In this document: positions 57,413 through 64,000 of the stretch, one piece after another
Position numbering within the stretch: the stretch's first letter is position 1
Layout: each line of letters opens with the position of its first letter
Assembly (NCBI GenBank): GCA_034667685.1
Contig: JAXDQU010000106.1
Location: forward strand, 84,043 to 148,042
Direction of reading: 5' to 3'
Source of the DNA: Thermoplasmata archaeon
GTDB lineage: Archaea > Thermoplasmatota > SW-10-69-26 > JACQPN01 > JAJPHT01
Length of the DNA stretch: 64,000 nt
Translations under genes and position numbers: made by a program
The notes under the pieces: generated by a model
What the model was told of the DNA's origin: nothing
Database searches by the model: none
The model's input: the letters and a program-made list of their open reading frames with translations, nothing else

Positions 57413-58464
57413 CGACGCCCGCCAGCCTCGGCTACCGCATGCCCGCCGAATGGGAGCCCCACGCCGCGACGTGGCTCTCGTGGCCGCACGACCCCGTCAC
57501 GTTCCCCGGCCGCGTTGAGGCCGCGGAGGATTGCTATCGCCAGATGATCCGCGCCCTCAGCGTGGGCGAGCGCGTCAACCTGCTCGTCAAGGACCAGGAC
57601 GCGCACGAGCGCGTCGCGCGCTGGCTCGCCCACGAGGGCCTCAAGAACGTCGTGCTCTGGGACGTCCCCACCGCCGACGTGTGGTTCCGCGACTACGGCC
57701 CCATCTTCGTGAAGCGCGAGGTCGCCGGCGGGCGCGCGGAGCTGGCCATGACGAAGTGGCGCTTCAACGCCTGGGGCGACAAGTACGAGACGCTCCTCCC
57801 CGACAACGCGATCCCGCACCACCTCCAGGCGCACCTCGGCCTCCCCTTCTTCGACGCGGGCATCGTCATGGAAGGCGGCTCGCTGGAGGTCAACGGCGCG
57901 GGCACGCTGCTGACCACCGAGCAGTGCCTCCTCAACAAGAACCGCAACCCCACGCTATCGAAATCCGACATCGAGCGGAAGCTGAAGGACTTCCTCGGCG
58001 TGCGCCACGTCCTCTGGCTCAAGGAAGGCATCGAGGGCGACGACACCGACGGCCACGTCGACGACATCGCGCGCTTCGTCGCCAAGGACACCGTCGTCAT
58101 CGCGCAGGAGGAGGACGAGGAGGACGAGAACTTCCGCGCGCTGCGCGAGAACGCCGCGCTCCTGCGCCAGATGAAGGACCAGGACGGCCGCCCGCTCCAG
58201 GTCGTCGAGCTCCCCATGCCCGGCTTCGTGGGCGACGAGGAAGGACGCCTCCCCGCGAGCTACGCCAACTTCTACGTCGGCAACCGCTGCGTGCTGCTGC
58301 CCGTCTTCCACCACGAGAACGACGCGCGCGCCACGGCCGTCCTCCAGAAGCTCTTCCCCACGCGCGCCGTCGTCCCGATCTACGCGGGCGACCTCGTCTA
58401 CGGCATGGGCACGTTCCACTGCGTCACGCAGCAGCAGCCGCTCGCCGTGCCGAGCCAGCCGTAG
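57409..58464 (+). CDS. aguA: Agmatine deiminase
   Basis: MPAEWEPH, WFRDYGP, EGGSLEVNG, DDTDGHVD, ASYANF, GTFHCVTQQQP. Confidence 0.93.
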   Translation: MTTPASLGYRMPAEWEPHAATWLSWPHDPVTFPGRVEAAEDCYRQMIRALSVGERVNLLVKDQDAHERVARWLAHEGLKNVVLWDVPTADVWFRDYGPIFVKREVAGGRAELAMTKWRFNAWGDKYETLLPDNAIPHHLQAHLGLPFFDAGIVMEGGSLEVNGAGTLLTTEQCLLNKNRNPTLSKSDIERKLKDFLGVRHVLWLKEGIEGDDTDGHVDDIARFVAKDTVVIAQEEDEEDENFRALRENAALLRQMKDQDGRPLQVVELPMPGFVGDEEGRLPASYANFYVGNRCVLLPVFHHENDARATAVLQKLFPTRAVVPIYAGDLVYGMGTFHCVTQQQPLAVPSQP

Positions 58465-58467
58465 GCA

Positions 58468-58539
58468 CGGTTTCCCCCCTTCCCATCCTCCTCCCTTCCC
58501 CTCTTCCGGAAGAAGGGAAGAGAGGAAGGGAGGAACCGG
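58468..58539. repeat. Imperfect pyrimidine/purine inverted repeat downstream of aguA
   Basis: CGGTTTCCCCCTTCCC...CTTCCGGAAG...GGAAGGGAGGAACCG. Confidence 0.6.
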
Positions 58540-58545
58540 CGCGGG

Positions 58546-58662
58546 CTACTCGGTCCCCCGCGCGCTGTCGGCGTCGTCCTCCCCCTTCATCGCCTCGGGG
58601 ATGTTGGTGCCGATCTCCTTCTCGTCCTTCCTGAGATCGTCCTTCGTGCGCTCCTTGGGCAT
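58546..58662 (-). CDS. Possible small charged protein
   Basis: MPKERTKDDLRKDEKEIGTNIPEAMKGEDDADSARGTE with typical codons. Confidence 0.35.
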   Translation of the reverse strand: MPKERTKDDLRKDEKEIGTNIPEAMKGEDDADSARGTE

Positions 58663-58804
58663 CACCCGCCCGTTGTAGCGCTCCGGCAAGACGGGTTCTG
58701 GCCGCATGGTCGATCCAGGTCCGAGTCCGATTCCTCTTCCCATTCCGATTCCGGACTCGGAAGAGGAATCGGATGCGGAAGCGGGGTGAAACGATGAGCT
58801 TCAA

Positions 58805-61800
58805 GTGGGACCTGCGTCATCGTTCCAGGAATTGCCCCCCGCAGAATCGAACGAAACGTGGTCGTGGGAACGCCTCGCCCGCCACGCGCCCCCGGCCGCG
58901 CTCCGCCGCGCGCTGGACCACCTCAGCCTGGGCGACGTGGACCTCCACGAACGCGGACCGCGGCCGGCGGGCCGGGTCGGGATCTTCGACGCCTCGGTGG
59001 ACCTCGCCACGGGTGAGGGGTCGTGCGCCTGCGCCCAGGGTCATGTGTGCGCGCACCTGACCTCGTTGCTGGCGGCGGCGAGCGGCCTCGATCCGGCCCG
59101 CGCGCCCCCGCACGTCCGCGAGGCGCCGCGGCCCGCCTTCGCGCCGGGCGATCCTCCGGTGCCGGTGCCCGCCTTCCCGGAGACGGCGACGGACTACGAG
59201 ATCCCCGCCGACGCGCTCTCGGAGGCGCAGCGCGGGGCGGTGGAGGCCGCGACGGGCATCGCGCGCAAGTCGGCGAGCGCCTACACGCTTCCCCGCGCGG
59301 AGGCCGCCGCGCTCGCCGCGATGCTCGAGGCGCTGGGCACGACGCTCGTGACGTTCTCGCGGCGGCCGTTCGTGCGCCTGCGCGCGAGCGTGCGCCGCGG
59401 GGAGAGCGTCGCGCGGCTCATGTCGCACGAGACGCCGGGCCTGGGCGTGCGGACGATCCTGGAGGACCACGGCTTTCGTCCCCTCAAGCGCCCCAAGAGC
59501 CTCGTCCACGAGTTCGAGGGGCCCCTGGCGGCGCTTCATCTCGCGGCGGAGACGATCTCGCGCGCCGGCACGGGCGTCGTCCTCGCGGAGGGGACGCCGC
59601 CCAGCTTCGAGCCGCTCGCCCCGCCGCCACGCGCCCGCACGCCGCTGATGCCCGTCGTGTTCAGCCGGCGGCGCTTCGAGTGGTGGACGCCGCGCGAGGG
59701 CGTGCCGCCGCTCCAGCTCGCGATCCTCACGCGCCACTGCGCCGGCCAGGACAAGGGGCTCCGCTTCCACAACGAGGGGCTGCGCGCCGCCGAGCGCGAG
59801 CTGCTCGCCGCCGGGATCCACGCGCTGCGCGTCGAGGACGCCGCGCCGCTGCTGGCGCACGCGGAGGCCGCGGGCGAAGGTGTTACCCGAGTGAAGCTCG
59901 AAGGCCGCTTGCCCGGCGTGGCCGTGGCGAGGGCGTTCGCCGACCAGGGCTATCAATCCGACGACGAGCCGTGGCGTCTCGTGGGACCCACCGCGAACCT
60001 CCCCGCGCTGGCCGCCTCGCTCGCGGGGGCGGGCGTGCACCTGGTGCCAGGCGGCGGGGGCTGGCCTCCGCTCCCTGAGGCGCCCGCGGCGGCGAGCCCC
60101 GTCTTCGCCGACGACCCGCGCCTGCCGCTCGCCCGCGAAGGGACGCTCGTGCGCGAGGGCCCGCGCGTGCGGCTGGAGACGTCGCCCGCGGGCGCGGTGC
60201 TCGCGCGCTCGCTGCGCATCGAGCTCTACCGCATGGGCTGGCTGGGCGAGGCGGGGCGCGCGGAGGCCGACGCGCAGGACGCGGGCCGGCTCGTGGCGCT
60301 CCTGCGCGAGGGGGGCTTCGACGTGCGCTGGCCCCGGCCCACGACCGGCGAGTGGCGCCTCGCGAGCGTCCGCTACAACGAGCGAACGCGCAAGGAGGGC
60401 GGCGGCACGCTCCTGCACCTGAAGGGGCCGATCCCGCTGGGCCGCCTGGGCGGCGTCGATCCGGGCGAGGAGGCGCAGCGCATCGCGGCGATCCTGCGCG
60501 GCATGGAGGAGGCGCTCAAACGATATCATCCCGACGCACGCCAGCTCGCCCACGGCGCGTTGCCCGGCATCTGGAGCGTGCCCGGCGGCGCGGGCGAGTT
60601 CCTCCTGGAGGCGGCCTCGCGCGGCGCCTCCGTCACCACGGCCGCCGGCCTCAACCCGATCCCCCTGGGCCGCGGGGTCGTCCTCGTGGACCAGGCCTCG
60701 CTCCCGCCGCGCCTCGTGGAGTTCAAGCGCGGGCGGGCCGAGGACGAGACCGACCGCCCCGTCGTCTCGCCCGAGATCGAGGCCGTCGTGCGCCGCATCG
60801 TGCCCGAAGGGCTGGAGATCGACCGCGAGCGCGGCCACTACCTCGTTCCCTCGACGAAGATGGGCGACCTCGTGCACGCGCTGCGCGAGCTTGGCGCCAA
60901 GGTGCTCGAACGGCGCCTCGCGCCGCGCGGCCAGCGCTACGCGCGCTGGGAGCCCCAGCTTCCCGAGGACGCCACCGGCGCGCGCCCGAAGCTTCGCGAG
61001 CCGTGGACGGCGCGCCCCTTCGAGGGCGACGTGCCCGGCCTGCGCAAGGAGACGAAGCTCGACCCGCACCAGCGCGTCGGCCTGCAGTTCATCCTGGATC
61101 AGCAGTACGCGTGCCTCCTGGCCGACGAGATGGGCCTGGGCAAGACGCTCACCGCCATCGCCGCCGCGCAGTTCCTCCCCGGGCGCGTGCTCGTGGTCTG
61201 CCCCGCCAGCGCGCGCGACGTCTGGAAGCAGGAGGTGCACGGCTGGACGCGCGAGGCGTGCCGCGTATTGCTCCCCGCCGCGGGCATCGAGGAGGCCGCG
61301 GGCCCCGAGAAGTACACCGTGGTCGCGTACAGCGGCCTGGCGCGGTTCGGCGACGCGCTCGCCAAGCAGCCCTTCGACCTCGTGATCCTCGACGAGAGCC
61401 ATTACGTCAAGAGCCGCAGCGCGCAGCGCACGCGCCTCGTCGAGGAGAAGCTGCGCAAGATCCCGCGCCGCCTGATCCTCTCGGGGACGCCCGTGATGAA
61501 CGAGCCCAAGGAGATCCGCACGCAGCTCGCCTTCCTGGCGCCCGACGAGTGGAGCGACACGGCGTGGTTCAACCGGCGGTTCCAGAACCCGTGGAAGCAG
61601 GGCACGGCCGACGTCAAGGAGCAGGTGCTATCACGCTTGCGCCAGTACCTCGAAGGCGTCATGCTGCGCCGCGAGAAGCGCGAGGCGCTGCCCGACCTGC
61701 CCGAGAAGCAGCTTCACGTCGCGCGCCTCGCGCTGCCGCCCGCCTCGCGCCGCGCCTACGACGCGGAGGAGGACGGGTTCCGCGACTACATGCACGACGC

Positions 61801-62449
61801 CGAGGCCACCGCGCTGACAAGCGGCATGGCGACCACCGCGGGACACCTGGAGCGCCTCAAGCAGGCCGCGCTCGTGGGCAAGCTGCCGCTGATCCTGGCC
61901 GCGCTGCGCCGCATGCTCGACGAGGGCCCCACCGAGAAGGTCGTCGTCTTCTGCCACTACCGCGAGCCGATCCGCGCCATCGCGCAAGACCTGGACGCCT
62001 TCGGCGTGGTGACGCTAACAGGAAGCACCGACCCCGAGGAGCGCGGCGCGGTCGTGCGTCGCTTCCAGAAGGACCCCGCGGTGCGCGTGTTCGTCGGTCA
62101 GACCGTCGCGGCCGGCGTCGCCATCACGCTCACCGCCGCGCGGCGCGCCGTCTTCTGCGACCTCGAATGGAACCCCGCGCTCCACCGCCAGGCGATGGAC
62201 CGCATCCACCGCAAGACGCAGACGCGCGACGTGGACGTCCACTTCTTCCTGGCCGAGGACACCGTCGAGGAGGACATCGCCGAGGTGCTGGAGGAGAAGA
62301 CCGCCATGATGGACCAGCTCCTCGAAGGGCGCACGGGCGGTGCGTTCGGCCTGCGCGACAAGGAGGCCGCCCAGCGCGAGGTGGCGCTCCGGATCCTCTC
62401 GCGGCGCCGCAGGGCGATGGCGGGGGCGGACGACGAGGACGACGGCTGA
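58805..62449 (+). CDS. SWIM zinc finger plus SNF2-family helicase
   Basis: CACAQGHVCAH (SWIM); LADEMGLGKT, LDESH, LSGTP, QAMDRIHR. Confidence 0.9.
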   Translation: MGPASSFQELPPAESNETWSWERLARHAPPAALRRALDHLSLGDVDLHERGPRPAGRVGIFDASVDLATGEGSCACAQGHVCAHLTSLLAAASGLDPARAPPHVREAPRPAFAPGDPPVPVPAFPETATDYEIPADALSEAQRGAVEAATGIARKSASAYTLPRAEAAALAAMLEALGTTLVTFSRRPFVRLRASVRRGESVARLMSHETPGLGVRTILEDHGFRPLKRPKSLVHEFEGPLAALHLAAETISRAGTGVVLAEGTPPSFEPLAPPPRARTPLMPVVFSRRRFEWWTPREGVPPLQLAILTRHCAGQDKGLRFHNEGLRAAERELLAAGIHALRVEDAAPLLAHAEAAGEGVTRVKLEGRLPGVAVARAFADQGYQSDDEPWRLVGPTANLPALAASLAGAGVHLVPGGGGWPPLPEAPAAASPVFADDPRLPLAREGTLVREGPRVRLETSPAGAVLARSLRIELYRMGWLGEAGRAEADAQDAGRLVALLREGGFDVRWPRPTTGEWRLASVRYNERTRKEGGGTLLHLKGPIPLGRLGGVDPGEEAQRIAAILRGMEEALKRYHPDARQLAHGALPGIWSVPGGAGEFLLEAASRGASVTTAAGLNPIPLGRGVVLVDQASLPPRLVEFKRGRAEDETDRPVVSPEIEAVVRRIVPEGLEIDRERGHYLVPSTKMGDLVHALRELGAKVLERRLAPRGQRYARWEPQLPEDATGARPKLREPWTARPFEGDVPGLRKETKLDPHQRVGLQFILDQQYACLLADEMGLGKTLTAIAAAQFLPGRVLVVCPASARDVWKQEVHGWTREACRVLLPAAGIEEAAGPEKYTVVAYSGLARFGDALAKQPFDLVILDESHYVKSRSAQRTRLVEEKLRKIPRRLILSGTPVMNEPKEIRTQLAFLAPDEWSDTAWFNRRFQNPWKQGTADVKEQVLSRLRQYLEGVMLRREKREALPDLPEKQLHVARLALPPASRRAYDAEEDGFRDYMHDAEATALTSGMATTAGHLERLKQAALVGKLPLILAALRRMLDEGPTEKVVVFCHYREPIRAIAQDLDAFGVVTLTGSTDPEERGAVVRRFQKDPAVRVFVGQTVAAGVAITLTAARRAVFCDLEWNPALHRQAMDRIHRKTQTRDVDVHFFLAEDTVEEDIAEVLEEKTAMMDQLLEGRTGGAFGLRDKEAAQREVALRILSRRRRAMAGADDEDDG

Positions 62450-62450
62450 C

Positions 62451-62515
62451 GGGACTCTGGGCTCTGGACTCAAGGCTCAGGGCTCCGGAGCCCCGAGTCC
62501 AGAGCCCCGAGCCCG
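62451..62515. repeat. Inverted repeat of GG(A/G)CTC(T/A) heptamer units
   Basis: GGACTCTGGGCTCTGGACTC ... GAGTCCAGAGCCCCGAGCCC. Confidence 0.65.
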
Positions 62516-62539
62516 CGTCAGCAAACCGTTTATCCGTCC

Positions 62540-63730
62540 ATGTCCGTCCGGAGGCTCGTGGAGCTGCAGTGGGACGCGCTGGGGGCCATCGGCCTGGTGG
62601 CCGCGCTCCTGGCGCTGGGGATGGCGCTCTTCCTCCTCCGCATCGGCCACGGCAACGAGAACAATCGCCGCCTCGCGCTCGTCCTGGCCGCGGAGGGCAT
62701 CCACATCGGCGTGTTCAACGGGATGCTCGCGTTCGTCGTCAACGGCGCCGACGCGCTGCCCATGCTGCGCCTCGGCCTGGCCGCGCTGGCCGTGCTCCCC
62801 TTCGCGTACCTCGCGTTCCTCGCGGGGCTCGACTCGCCCCTCGTGAAGCCGCTGCGCGCGCGCCCCGCGCAGCTGGGCCTCCTGGCGCTGGGCCTGGCCG
62901 CGGGCGCCGCGGTCGCGTTCCGCGCGGACCTCTTCTTCCAGCCCCAAGACCTGGTCGACCCCGCCAGCGGCGCCACCGTCACGGTGGTCGTCCCCACGCT
63001 GAAGTTCTTCATGCTGGAGGCCGTGGCGTACGTCATCGACCTCTTCGCGCTCGTCGCCAGCCTGGAGGCGTACCTGCGCGCGCCCACGGGCGTCTCGCGC
63101 GGCCGGGCCCGCGCCTTCGCCATCGCGTTCGGCGTGCGCGACGCCGTCTCGGCGGCCTTCCTCGTCTACGTCACCCTCGTCGCGCAGCACGTGCCCACGC
63201 TGACCAGCGCCGCGGACCGTCTCGTGCACGGCTACGACTTCGTGTCGTTCATCGTGCTCCTCTACGTCCCGCTCATCGCGTACGGGATCGTCAAGTACCA
63301 GCTCTTCGACATCGACCTCAAGATCAAGCGCGGCGTGCGCGTCTCGGCCATCGCGGGCATCTTCCTGGCGGTCTTCTTCGTGGTCGCGCAGATCGCGCAG
63401 AACTACCTCCAGCAGTACGGCGTCGTGGCCGGCGGCGCGGCGGCGGGGCTCCTCCTCTTCGCCCTGAACCCGCTCCAGAAGGCCGCCGAGCGCGTGGCCG
63501 ACAAGGCCATGCCGCAGACCCGCGCCACGCCCGAGTATCTGGCGTTCAAGAAGCTGGAGGTCTACCGCGCGGCCTTCGAGGGCGTGCTGGAGGACGGCCG
63601 CGTCTCGGCCAAGGAGCGCGCCATGCTCATCGGCCTGCGCGGGAAGCTCGGCATCAGCGAGGTGGACGCCTCGGCGCTCGAAGAGGACGTGCGCGGCATG
63701 GTCTTCGGCGGGCAGCCGATGGCGGCGTGA
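62540..63730 (+). CDS. Polytopic membrane protein with a short cytoplasmic C-terminal domain
   Basis: About nine TMs; YGIVKYQLFDIDLKIK sensor-like motif; C-terminal DGRVSAKER...LR.KLGIS. Confidence 0.75.
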   Translation: MSVRRLVELQWDALGAIGLVAALLALGMALFLLRIGHGNENNRRLALVLAAEGIHIGVFNGMLAFVVNGADALPMLRLGLAALAVLPFAYLAFLAGLDSPLVKPLRARPAQLGLLALGLAAGAAVAFRADLFFQPQDLVDPASGATVTVVVPTLKFFMLEAVAYVIDLFALVASLEAYLRAPTGVSRGRARAFAIAFGVRDAVSAAFLVYVTLVAQHVPTLTSAADRLVHGYDFVSFIVLLYVPLIAYGIVKYQLFDIDLKIKRGVRVSAIAGIFLAVFFVVAQIAQNYLQQYGVVAGGAAAGLLLFALNPLQKAAERVADKAMPQTRATPEYLAFKKLEVYRAAFEGVLEDGRVSAKERAMLIGLRGKLGISEVDASALEEDVRGMVFGGQPMAA

Positions 63731-63734
63731 CCCC

Positions 63735-64000
63735 AGCCTTAGCCTCAGCCTCAGCCTACCATCCCCACCTTCTCCAGCCCGAACGAAACACGAAGGCACG
63801 AAGCCACGAAGAGCACGAAGATTCGCGGAGGCTTCGTGCTCTTCGTGGCTTCGTGCTCTTCGTGTTCCAGGGGCCCGAGGCTGAGGCTGAGGCTGAGGCT
63901 GAGGCTGAGGCTGAGGCTGAGGCTGAGGCTGAGGCTGAGGCTGAGGCTGAGGCTGAGGCTGAGGCTGAGGCTGAGGCTGAGGCTGAGGCTGAGGCTGAGG
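63735..64000. repeat. Nested inverted repeat ending in a (GAGGCT)n microsatellite that runs off the window
   Basis: AGCCT(C/T) x4 at 63735-63757; CACGAAG/CTTCGTG hairpin at 63787-63866; 20 full GAGGCT copies from 63877. Confidence 0.92.

Overview
High-GC (roughly 70% by eye) archaeal chromosomal window, most likely Thermoplasmatota (inference from archaeal-type rpoL, csl4, rps2, rpl24e, rps28e, rpl7ae and PAC2 together with bacterial-type dnaJ, maeB and aguAB). It holds about 60 CDS (housekeeping genes, Lhr and two SNF2 helicases, two giant surface proteins, lipoproteins, VapBC, an ABC exporter) and two tRNAs (Gly-CCC, Pro-CGG). No CRISPR array, rRNA or recognisable transposase was seen. Five signals stand out. 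(1) A tandem-AbrB gene is followed by two convergent, paralogous, mid-sized serine recombinases, and preceded by four ACTAG boxes at exact 12-bp spacing. (2) Two copies of a non-coding element (near 12.6 kb and 20.9 kb, opposite orientations) each have a CTAG-centred 22-bp pseudo-palindrome and GGCGCC boxes phased at 20 bp; the first sits on a sharp strand-skew inversion that remodels dnaJ codons, as an origin would. (3) An orphan Zim/M.MthZI-like (probably CTAG) m4C methylase could link these CTAG sites. (4) A dispersed G(C/A)TATCA motif forces rare codons and clusters at 12.0 kb. (5) A 2024-aa FN3/LamG surface protein ends in an apparently inactive site-2-protease domain. All family calls come from reading motifs by eye; no searches were run.
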